DNA of 64,000 nt from Rhodanobacteraceae bacterium. Lineage in GTDB: Bacteria; Pseudomonadota; Gammaproteobacteria; Xanthomonadales; SZUA-5. The stretch spans positions 186,667 to 250,666 of the forward strand of contig JACKOW010000005.1 of the NCBI GenBank assembly GCA_024234055.1, in the 5' to 3' direction. The notes below the pieces were generated by a model that was not told the origin of the DNA, made no database searches, and saw only the letters and a program-made list of their open reading frames with translations. Positions 55,901 through 63,683 of this stretch are shown in pieces (positions within the stretch are counted from its first letter, which is position 1; each line of letters starts with the position of its first letter). The translations under genes and the position numbers were made by a program.

Positions 55901-58900
55901 CTGCGGGCTGGCAACACCGATGCCCAGCGTCAGATGAGGCGTGACCGTGTAGGCATCGTCCAGCGCCACCGCGGCATAGGTGAAGCTGGCCGTGAAATCC
56001 GCAGCCAGGTTGTCGGGCGGATCAATGGCGTCGGCGTCGGTAATGCCCGCGGCGCGCACGGTCAGCGTACAGGTGGCACCTGCGATCGCACTGTCGAGCG
56101 GATTCAGTACCACGCTCGATGCCGGACTCGCGGTGACCACGGTGAAGTTGACCGGCGAGGTCGCCGGGCATTCCAGGTCAAAGCTGGTGTTGGCGGCATT
56201 GGCCGTGGTGTCGAAATTGACCGACTCACTGAAGTTGATGGTGATGTTGCTGGTCGGATCGACCGACGTCGCGGAGTTGGCTGGCGTAGTCGAGGTGACG
56301 CTTGGCGCCGCATCGACACTGAAAGTCCGCACGAAATTCGCCACCATATTGTTTGGCGGATCGTTGAGGTCGGTGTCGCTGACCTGGGCCGCAACCACCG
56401 TCAGCGAGCAAGCGGCGCCCTGCGGCAAGCCGCCAGTGGGGGTCAGCGTGATCGTGTTGGTGTTCGTTGCCGGCAAGGCCGGCACGCTGCTGAAGGGCAC
56501 GCCCGCACCGCAATTCAGGGTGAAGGCACTCGCCGTCAGGTCGACGTTCTCGCTGAAGTTGACGGTCAACAGCTGAGTACTGGGCACCACTGCGGCCTCA
56601 GCGGGGGTGGCAGTCACCACCGTCGGCGCTGCATCCGTGGTAAAGCTCCAGGTGAAGTTGCTCACCATCTGGTCGGGCGGATCGATGGCGTCGGCGTCGG
56701 TCACCAGCGTGGCCACCACCGTGCCGTTGCAGGTGGCCCCTTCGGGCAGATTGACACTGGGCGTCAGCGTGATGGTGTTGGTGTTGCTCGCCGGCAGGCC
56801 ACCGCTGAAGGTCACGGGGGTACCGCAGTTCAGTGTCACGCCTCCGGCAGCAACATTGACCGCCTCGCTGAAATTCACGGTGATTGTGGTGTTGGTGGCG
56901 AGGTTGCTGGCGCCGTTGCCTGGCAGCACAGAGCTGACGCTCGGTGCCGAATCCACCGTGAAGGTCGACACGAAGTTGGCCGCCATATTGTCTGGCGGAT
57001 CGATCAGATCGCTGTCGGTGATGTTGGCGGCGAGCACGGTCAGGGTGCAGGTGGCGCCACTCGGCAGCGGCGGCGCATAGGTCGGCGTCAGGCTGGGTAC
57101 GTTTGTGCCGGTGGTACCGCCAGTGATCAGGTTGGCACCACCACAGGTGAGCGTGACCGATCCAGCCGTGGCATCAACATTTTCGGTGAAGACCACGTTC
57201 AGCGGGGCGTTGCTTGCCACCGTCGCCCCATTGGCGGGTGACACTGACTGAACGGCCGGCGGATTGTCATTGACCGACGTGAAGCTCAGCACGAAGTTGG
57301 CGGCCATCGTATCCGGCGGATCGGCCGCATCGACATCGCTGATGCCGGCGGCCAAAGCGGTCACCGTGCACAGCGTGTTGATTGGCAGCAGCGAGGTCGG
57401 CGTCAATGTCGCGGTGGCGGTCCCGCTGCCGGCGACAGTGAAGGTGACCGGGGCGCCGCAGTTGTAGGTGAAGCTCGGCACACCGAAATTCACCGGCTCG
57501 CTGAATGTGAAGCTGACTACGCCAGCCAGCGGCACACTTGTGGCGCCAGTGGTTGGGTTGCTGCTGCTCACGCTGGGCGCCGCGTCAACGCTGAAGTTGC
57601 GAACGGTGTCAGCAATCGGATTGTTTGGCGGATCGATGGCATCAACGTCGGCGATTTGCGCAGCCACGGCAGTGGCGGTGCAGTTGCTGCCTTCCGGCAG
57701 TGCGGCGCTTGGGGTAAAGGTCAGCGTCGCCGTGCCAGATCCGCCGATGGCGCCCGCGATCGGCGCACCGCAGTTCAGGGTGATCGCGCCACCGAGATTG
57801 TTGACCGGCTCATCGAAACTGAAGCTCACAATCTGACTGGTGGCCACCACGGCAGCGGCCGCCGGGACGGCGCTGACAAAGGTCGGGGCTGCGTCGACGC
57901 TGAAGTTGACGGTGACGTTCGCCGGGAGATTGTCGGGCGGATCGAAACCATCGACGTCAGTGATGTTGGCCGCGATCAGGGTTGCGGTGCAGGCGGCGCC
58001 GTTGGGCAGGGCCGCTGCGGGCGTAAAGGTGAGGGTGCTGGTGCCCGACCCACTCGGGGTCACGGCAATGGGGCCGCCGCAGTCGAGCGTGAATCCACCC
58101 ATGCCGAAATTGACCGGCTCGCTGAACACGGCGCTGAATGTGGCGTTGTTGGCGACGGTAGCGCCGGCGGCTGGCGTCGAACTGACAAACGCGGGTGCAG
58201 CGTCAACGGTGAAGGTGGCCGTGAAGTCGGCAGCCGGATTGTTCGGCGGGTCAATGAGATCTACGTCACTGACGCTGGCGGCCGGCACGAACAAGGTGCA
58301 GCTACCCGAAGGCAGCGGTGCGGCGTAGGTCAGATTCAGACTGGTGACTGCCGATCCGGTGCTGCCACCGGTGATCAGATTGGGGCCGCCGCAGGTCAGC
58401 GTGATGCCCGCGACCACATTCACCGATTCGCTGAAGTTGACGGTGACGGCGACGTTGTTGGCAGTGGTGGCACCGTTCGCCGGCACGCTGGTCACCACCG
58501 GTGCCGCATCGACGTTGACGGTGATGATGTCGGTGTCGGTCAACACTCCGCCCAGACCAGTATTACCCTGGTCATTGGTGATCACGGTAATGCTGCGCGC
58601 TGCCGAGGTGCCCGGCACTGGTGTGTAGGTCAGGCTGCCGCCGGGGCCATTCAGCGCCGCGTTGAGCGCCGTCAGGGTACCCGTGGCGATCACCAGGTCG
58701 CTGCCGTTGCCGGTCAGACTGGTCAATGCGCCGCCAGGATTGGCCAGCGTCAGCGTGCCGTTGGCCGGCGCGCCGGTGACCAGACTGATTTGCAGGATAC
58801 CGGCGCCGGCGTCGATGTCGGCGATGCTGATGGCATTGGTATTGGCAGTGCTGAACACCACCGGCACGGTGTCACCGGTGCTCTGCGCGGCAGGCACGGT

Positions 58901-61342
58901 GTTGACCGGCGGATCGTTGACCGCAAGCACAGTGATGGTGAAGCTCTGCGGCGCGCTGGTGTCGATGCCGCCGTTGGCGGTGCCGCCGTTGTCCATCAGG
59001 TTCAATGTGACCGTGGCGACGCCGTTGGCATTCGCCGCCGGCGTGTAGGTCAGCACGCCGGCAGGACTCACCGTCGGTGCCGTGCTGAACAACGCCGGGT
59101 TGGTGTTCCCGGTGATGTTGAAGGTCAGGGTCTGGCCTGCCTCATCCGGCGGGCCGGCACTGATCGTCGTGGCCCAGGGATTCACCGTCTGCGGACCGGA
59201 ATCCTCGTTCACGCTCTGGTTCGGGCCGGCGGTGAAACTCGGCGCATCGTTGACCGCGGTCACGGTGATCGTGAAGCTCTGCGGCGGCGAGGTGTCGAAG
59301 CCACCATTGGCGGTGCCACCATCATCCATCAGGTTCAGCGTGATCGTGGCCGTGCCATTGGCATTGGCGGCTGGCGTGTAGCTGAGCACACCGGTGGGGC
59401 TGACCGTGGGGCCGGCACTGAACAGCGCCGGATTGGTATTGCCGGTGATGTTGAAGCTCAGCGCCTGCACGACTTCCGGATCGCCATCATCGATACCGGT
59501 GGCCCAAGGACTGACCGTTTGCGGACCGGCGTCTTCGAGCACGGTCTGGTTGGGACCGGCCGTGAACACCGGCACATCATTGACCGAGGTCACGGTGATG
59601 GTGAAGGTCTGATCGGCACTGACATCGATGCCGCCGTTGGCGGTGCCGCCATCATCACGGGCACGCACGGAGATCGTGGCCACTCCATTGGCGTTCGCCG
59701 CCGGGGTGTAGGTCAGCGTGCCGGCTGCATCCACTGCCGGAGACGCGCTGAACAAGGCCGCATTGGTGTTGCCGGTGATCTCGAAGGTGACTGTCTGGCC
59801 GGATTCGTCCGGCGGTCCGGGACTGATCGCCGTCGCCCACGGGTTCACGGTCTGTGGGCCGGCGTCCTCCAGAACGATCTGGCTCGGGCCGGCGACAAAG
59901 CTCGGCGCATCGTTGACCGCGGTCACCGTGATCGTGAAGCTCTGCGGCGCGCTGGTGTCGATGCCACCATTGGCGGTGCCGCCATCGTCCATCAGGTTCA
60001 GCGTGATCGTAGCCGTCCCGTTGGCATTGGCCGCTGGTGTGTAGCTGAGCGCGCCGGTCGGGCTGACCGTGGGGCCGGCACTGAACAGCGCAGGATTGGT
60101 ATTGCCGGTGATGTTGAAGCTCAGCGCCTGCACGACTTCCGGATCGCCATCGTCGACGCCGGTGGCCCAGGGATTGACTGTCTGCGGACCTGCATCCTCG
60201 AGCACGGTCTGGTTGGGACCGGCCGTGAACACCGGCACATCATTGACTGGCGTGATGTTGATCGTGACCGTCGCCGGCGACGCACTCACCACCTGACCAT
60301 CGAAGGCGTTGTAGGTGAAGGTGTCCGGACCATTGGCGTTGGCGTTCGGCGTGTAGCTGAAACTGCCATTGGGGTTCAGCGTCAACACGCCCTTGGTCGG
60401 TCCGGCCACCAACTGCGCGGTGATCGGATCCCCATCGGGATCGGAGTCGTTACCGAGTACACCAGGGGCTGCCACATTGAGTACCGTGTCCTCCAGCGTG
60501 CTGTAGCTGTCATTGACAGCCACCGGCGGACGGTTCTCGGCATCGACGACATCGATACGGAAGTGCAGATTCGGGCGCACATCGACGCCGAAGGCGGCGA
60601 CGATGTCGGTTCCGCTCAAGGGCGGCACGGAGTCACCGATGGCGTCGGTGCCGATGGGCGCATCGCCGGCCCAATCTCCAACCTGCCCGTCAGCGATATG
60701 GGTGACCACCGCCCAGGCAGCCACTCCCAACGACAGGAAGGCGCCAACCATCAGCGTCTGCGCCAGCAGCCGATTTCGCCGCAGGCTGCGCACTGCCAAC
60801 GTGGCAAGGGCCAGAGCCAGGAGCAGACCACCGAAGAAACCGAGTGTGGGAATCAATGCCGGGCTGCCGATCACCATCGGCAGCCCGTTGGCGGTGCCGT
60901 CGACCGTGTACAGCACATCAACGGATCCGCTGGCGCTCTGGGCGCCGATGCCGATCCGGACCTGCGGCTCGACGCCGGGCAGCAGGGAACGGGCGATGGA
61001 CAGCTCGATCACGTCGGCGGCGGCGCCTCCCCCCAAGGGCAGGCCGTTGTTCAGGCCCACCGGGTAGTTGGCAGACAGCGCGCTGCCCGGCGCGAAGCTA
61101 CCGGCCACGCAAGGAGACAGGGTTCGGGCAGTGACGACGGGCGGTGAACCGCTGACCGTGGCCGTGAGCCGATAGTCCGCGCCCAGGAAGGTCTGCCCGC
61201 CGCCAGAGGCGGTACAGCCGGTGGTGTTGCGCAGATCACTATCGATGTAGACGTGATAGCTGTAGGTCTGAGCGGGTGCCGCAAGGGCGATGAACTGCAG
61301 CACTGCTGCGACGATCACACACCCAAAACTACGCATGCTCAT
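52943..61342 (-). CDS. giant (~2,800 aa) Sec-dependent surface protein: N-terminal domain + internal IPTL-like TM hairpin, cadherin-like/VNDxP repeats, eight Big_5 Ig-like repeats, C-terminal ~850-aa parallel beta-helix
   Basis: A single uninterrupted ORF. Signal peptide MRSFGCVIVAAVLQFIALAAPAQT. PALIPTLGFFGGLLLALALATLAVRSLRRNR at aa ~170-200. PPVAVNDSY...DSDPDGD; four ~111-aa VND(V/A)P(V/S)F units; eight ~105-aa AAPxVxSxxPAxGAT...FSExV...(L)xCG...C(T)...DxDxxDPP(N/D)N units; PbH1-like repeats (ITNTTLNQNYYDVVRIANTSGS, STLTNND). Start 61342 or 61336 preferred over 61369. Confidence 0.9.
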   Translation of the reverse strand: MSMRSFGCVIVAAVLQFIALAAPAQTYSYHVYIDSDLRNTTGCTASGGGQTFLGADYRLTATVSGSPPVVTARTLSPCVAGSFAPGSALSANYPVGLNNGLPLGGGAAADVIELSIARSLLPGVEPQVRIGIGAQSASGSVDVLYTVDGTANGLPMVIGSPALIPTLGFFGGLLLALALATLAVRSLRRNRLLAQTLMVGAFLSLGVAAWAVVTHIADGQVGDWAGDAPIGTDAIGDSVPPLSGTDIVAAFGVDVRPNLHFRIDVVDAENRPPVAVNDSYSTLEDTVLNVAAPGVLGNDSDPDGDPITAQLVAGPTKGVLTLNPNGSFSYTPNANANGPDTFTYNAFDGQVVSASPATVTINITPVNDVPVFTAGPNQTVLEDAGPQTVNPWATGVDDGDPEVVQALSFNITGNTNPALFSAGPTVSPTGALSYTPAANANGTATITLNLMDDGGTANGGIDTSAPQSFTITVTAVNDAPSFVAGPSQIVLEDAGPQTVNPWATAISPGPPDESGQTVTFEITGNTNAALFSASPAVDAAGTLTYTPAANANGVATISVRARDDGGTANGGIDVSADQTFTITVTSVNDVPVFTAGPNQTVLEDAGPQTVSPWATGIDDGDPEVVQALSFNITGNTNPALFSAGPTVSPTGVLSYTPAANANGTATITLNLMDDGGTANGGFDTSPPQSFTITVTAVNDAPSFTAGPNQSVNEDSGPQTVNPWATTISAGPPDEAGQTLTFNITGNTNPALFSTAPTVSPAGVLTYTPAANANGVATVTLNLMDNGGTANGGIDTSAPQSFTITVLAVNDPPVNTVPAAQSTGDTVPVVFSTANTNAISIADIDAGAGILQISLVTGAPANGTLTLANPGGALTSLTGNGSDLVIATGTLTALNAALNGPGGSLTYTPVPGTSAARSITVITNDQGNTGLGGVLTDTDIITVNVDAAPVVTSVPANGATTANNVAVTVNFSESVNVVAGITLTCGGPNLITGGSTGSAVTSLNLTYAAPLPSGSCTLFVPAASVSDVDLIDPPNNPAADFTATFTVDAAPAFVSSTPAAGATVANNATFSAVFSEPVNFGMGGFTLDCGGPIAVTPSGSGTSTLTFTPAAALPNGAACTATLIAANITDVDGFDPPDNLPANVTVNFSVDAAPTFVSAVPAAAAVVATSQIVSFSFDEPVNNLGGAITLNCGAPIAGAIGGSGTATLTFTPSAALPEGSNCTATAVAAQIADVDAIDPPNNPIADTVRNFSVDAAPSVSSSNPTTGATSVPLAGVVSFTFSEPVNFGVPSFTYNCGAPVTFTVAGSGTATATLTPTSLLPINTLCTVTALAAGISDVDAADPPDTMAANFVLSFTSVNDNPPAVQSVSPANGATVASNAPLNVVFTENVDATAGSVTLTCGGANLITGGTTGTNVPSLTPTYAPPLPSGATCTLTVLAANITDSDLIDPPDNMAANFVSTFTVDSAPSVSSVLPGNGASNLATNTTITVNFSEAVNVAAGGVTLNCGTPVTFSGGLPASNTNTITLTPSVNLPEGATCNGTVVATLVTDADAIDPPDQMVSNFTWSFTTDAAPTVVTATPAEAAVVPSTQLLTVNFSENVDLTASAFTLNCGAGVPFSSVPALPATNTNTITLTPTGGLPQGAACSLTVVAAQVSDTDLNDPPNNMVANFVRTFSVDAAPSVTSTTPANSATSVDPTSNITINFSESVNFDTTANAANTSFDLECPATSPVNFTVVTASPASSVVLNPLDSAIAGATCTLTVRAAGITDADAIDPPDNLAADFTASFTYAAVALDDAYTVTPHLTLGIGVASPQGGGVVANDVLGAGTITGFGFAPACTGTAPGAQLDAGAANGRLTLNANGSFSYEPPAAVANATRTFCYTVTGGDTANVVFTLQNTELVWFVDAAAAVGGIGTQARPFQTLGAAAAVDSSNDTIFLAFDANPYTGGILLEAGERLIGQGSVSDLATISGITPIAGSAFPALGGNAPTITCAVANCLSLGTGNTLRGFIVGDTIATGTKISGTAFGTLTVAELTLNGDGRALGLTNGTLNGNFIDVDVASGNLQGIGLDAVSGTWSITGAVNIGNVNGTAISIVNTPAGGSATFTGGVTVNKSSAGAGVNLNANAAPINLGSLSVTTGAGTALTVDNSAGTVTTTAGSLNATGGAALNSTGSALSLTLTSASSTNSPTQGVNLNNLTGTVAIAGGSITAPTGTAFLGQGSLGTTSYGGTITKANAGKLVQISGAAGGTVTLSGNLSCTGTCTGVDVLNRNAGSVSFSGASKALSTGASAAVTLTSNTGATINFINGGLAIATTTGTGFSATGGGTVSVQGSGNSVTSTTGAAINIANTTISASNVTFQSASSNGAVSGIVLNSTGASGGLVITGNGGACSSAGTCTGGAIQNSTSAGVSLTNTQGFSATRLFVSGGGNDGIAGSGINGFALSTSVVSNNGNAVNESGIDVTQASGAWSITNTTLNQNYYDVVRIANTSGSLSFNMSGSTLTNNDPAVGNSGLLIDLSGSAALTGGTVSSNTITGIRVIPVQVLASGGSSSVANLIFDGNITRNAQIAYDLSAVAPASMQYIVRNQNGAAGRISGMNSHGFNGNYGVPGAATAVGTYRGRILNVDVGDQAVASSGSAIGNCIRLVHNRDASSAVIVDNTLLRQCPNGRGIDATSRDAGASFTSTSGLDLQVLNSNVNPNDTSGFPLAAIISQAITGAGGGNRARNDFRNNVVPVGASFDLQSTFLIAHEGGAGDCQVVDPPPANANATAVLTSPENANTGSASGSAGCSLIPGPLITPP

Positions 61343-61480
61343 GGAATCCCCGTTGCATTTGGTCGTCATTTCCAGCCACGCAGAATGCTCTCAACAAGCC
61401 CTGAATTTCAATCATTCATGAGACTCAATCGGATCAGTGGCGAGCTTCTTGGGTGCTATGTCGCGAGGGCGACAAATGTC

Positions 61481-62239
61481 TCAGCCGCCTGTCGGCCAGG
61501 CGGCGACGGCGGTCGCCAGCAATTTCCAGGCGGCGACCAGAAGCACGACCGAGAGCAAGCGCCTCAGCAATCGGGGAGGGGTGCGCCGGGCGCCGATCCA
61601 GGCGCCGAGCAGGCCGCCGGCCAGCACTGCCGGCGCCGCCCACAGCAGCTCGTCCAGTATCGGTGGCACCCGCTCCGCCTGTGCCAGCAGTCCGGACAGT
61701 GAATTGAGCCAGATGAAGAGCGCCGAGACCGCCGCCGTCGGTTTCGCGCGCGCCCAGTTCATCAACATCAGCAGCGGCGACAGGAAGATGCCACCGCCTA
61801 CCCCGGTCAGGCCGGCGGCCAGTCCGAGCACGCCACCGGCAGCCACGGCCACCGGAATCGGCGGCGCCTTGGCAGGCGCCTCGTCAGCCCGGATCGAGCC
61901 CCACCACAGACTCACTGCGGCATACAGCAGCACCAGGCCGATGGCACTGCGATACCAGAACTCCGGCAGGTCGATCAGCCCCCCCAGATAGGCCAACGGC
62001 ACGCTTCCGAGCACGAACGGCCAGAGCAGCCGCCAATCCAGAAAACCCGCCCTTGCGTATTGCAGCGCCGCCACCCCGGCCACCACCAGATTCAGTGCCA
62101 GCGCCAGCGGACGCATGCTTTCCGGGGCCGCGTGGGCCAGCGCCATGATCGCCAGATAGGCCGAGGCCCCGCCATGGCCCACGCTGGAATACAGCAGTGC
62201 ACCGATGAAGAATGCCGGGGCCAATATCCATGGATCCAT
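61481..62239 (-). CDS. TSUP-family (TauE/SafE-like) anion exporter
   Basis: MDPWILAPAFFIGALLYSSVGHGGASAYLAIM, with 7-8 TM helices and internally duplicated GxGGG motifs (LTGVGGGIFLSPLL). Confidence 0.8.
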   Translation of the reverse strand: MDPWILAPAFFIGALLYSSVGHGGASAYLAIMALAHAAPESMRPLALALNLVVAGVAALQYARAGFLDWRLLWPFVLGSVPLAYLGGLIDLPEFWYRSAIGLVLLYAAVSLWWGSIRADEAPAKAPPIPVAVAAGGVLGLAAGLTGVGGGIFLSPLLMLMNWARAKPTAAVSALFIWLNSLSGLLAQAERVPPILDELLWAAPAVLAGGLLGAWIGARRTPPRLLRRLLSVVLLVAAWKLLATAVAAWPTGG

Positions 62240-62309
62240 GACCACGCTGCCTCTTGAGCGCACGGAAGCTCTATGATTGAGGGTTTATACCCTGAGATGA
62301 GGATGCGCC

Positions 62310-63227
62310 ATGAGCCAAGACCTGCCCAAATACATCTGGTTCAATGGCAAGCTGATTCCCTGGGCCGAGGCCACCGTGCATGTGATGTCGCATGCGCTGC
62401 ACTATGGCTCGTCGGTGTTCGAGGGCATCCGCTCGTACATGACCCCCAAGGGCCCGGCGATCTTCCGCTACACCGATCACATGAAGCGCCTGTACGCCTC
62501 GGCCCGCATGTATGACCTGGAAATCCAGCATGATCTGGCCACGCTGATGGCCGCGGGCCGTGAGGTCGTGACCCGCAATGAACTCACCAATGCCTACCTG
62601 CGACCGCTGGCCTGGCGCGGCTCGGGTGGTTTCGGACTGGGTGCCGACAATCCGACCGGCTGCATGATTGCCGCCTGGGTGTGGGGTCCGTATCTGGGCG
62701 CGCAGGCCATCCACGAAGGCATCGATGCCTGCATTTCCAGCTGGCGCCGAGTGGCCCCGGCCACACTGCCGGCCAGTGCCAAGGCCGGTGGCAACTATCT
62801 GTCCAGCATCCTGGTGTCGCGTGAAGCCAAGCGCCTCGGTTTCCACGAAGGCATCGCGCTCACGGTCGATGGCTATCTGGCCGAAGGTGCCGGCGAGAAC
62901 CTGTTCCTGGTCTTCGGCAAGACCATCTACACGCCGCCCATTGCCGCGTCGATCCTGCACGGCATCACCCGCAGCACCGCCATTACCATCGCTCAGGAAC
63001 TCGGTTTCGAGGTCAAGGAAGAGAATCTGCCGCGCGAGATGATCTATCTGGCAGACGAGGTCTTCATGACCGGCACCGCCGCCGAGATCACCCCGATCCG
63101 CAGTGTCGATCGCAAGACCATCGGCGACGGCAAGCCGGGCCCCACCACCCGTGCCGTGCAACAGCGATTCTTCGGCCTGTTCGACGGCAGCGTGGAAGAC
63201 ACGCACGGCTGGCTGGAGTACGTGTAA
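62310..63227 (+). CDS. ilvE: branched-chain-amino-acid aminotransferase
   Basis: IWFNGKLIPWAEATVHVMSHALHYGSSVFEGIRSY...AKAGGNYLSS...EGAGENLF...PPIAASILHGITR is the canonical class-IV aminotransferase IlvE. 305 aa. Confidence 0.93.
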   Translation: MSQDLPKYIWFNGKLIPWAEATVHVMSHALHYGSSVFEGIRSYMTPKGPAIFRYTDHMKRLYASARMYDLEIQHDLATLMAAGREVVTRNELTNAYLRPLAWRGSGGFGLGADNPTGCMIAAWVWGPYLGAQAIHEGIDACISSWRRVAPATLPASAKAGGNYLSSILVSREAKRLGFHEGIALTVDGYLAEGAGENLFLVFGKTIYTPPIAASILHGITRSTAITIAQELGFEVKEENLPREMIYLADEVFMTGTAAEITPIRSVDRKTIGDGKPGPTTRAVQQRFFGLFDGSVEDTHGWLEYV

Positions 63228-63334
63228 GGGACGGGACTCGGGACTCGGGACTCGGGACTCGGGACTCGGGACTCGGGACTCGGGACTCGGGACTCGGGAC
63301 TCGGGACTCGGGACTCGGGACTCGGGACTCGGGA
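63228..63334. repeat. heptanucleotide microsatellite (GGGACTC)~14
   Basis: Counted directly: GGGAC, then 14 perfect GGGACTC units (63233..63330), then GGGA. It begins 1 nt after the ilvE TAA stop. Confidence 0.97.
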
Positions 63335-63357
63335 AAGGCTTGCACGGCCCGAGCTCT

Positions 63358-63425
63358 TGTGGGTCCAGACTTGTCTGGACGCTTCTGGCTTCATGGCGGA
63401 AAGCGTCTGGATACGTCTGACCCAC
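63358..63425. repeat. REP family 2 long hairpin
   Basis: TGTGGGTCCAGACTTGTCTGGACGCTTCTGG...AAAGCGTCTGGATACGTCTGACCCACA. Same architecture as 8705..8775 and 28378..28448. Confidence 0.85.
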
Positions 63426-63593
63426 AACATCAGCAACGCGCTTCCTGGCCTACCCAAGAGCCTCCACACAAGTCTCGACCCACGACAACGCCACTTTGAC
63501 CCGTTTCCTGTTTCCCCTTCTCCTTCGCGGCGTCATTGCGAGCCACCTGTTTCGGCCTGAAGCTGCCCACGGGCCATGAACCACAAACCCGCC

Positions 63594-63670
63594 CGTAGGA
63601 GCGACCTCGCGTCGCGACCGGCAAGCCGCACGTCCGACGCAGCGGTCGCGCCCCAAGGTCGCTCCCACAG
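63594..63670. repeat. REP family 6 hairpin (GTAGGAGCGACC...GGTCGCTCCCAC type)
   Basis: CGTAGGAGCGACCTCGCGTCGCGACCG...CGGTCGCGCCCCAAGGTCGCTCCCACAG. Paralogous to 39594..39672. Confidence 0.8.
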
Positions 63671-63683
63671 CTGGACAAAGAAA

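Noticed and set aside
60751-60753. Internal ATG (Met207) as an independent start of the giant protein, which would make the N-terminal IPTL-containing part a separate gene.
   Set aside because: There is no stop codon between the two parts, and no Shine-Dalgarno sequence precedes the ATG. It is kept as a hypothesis in the findings rather than as a separate feature.
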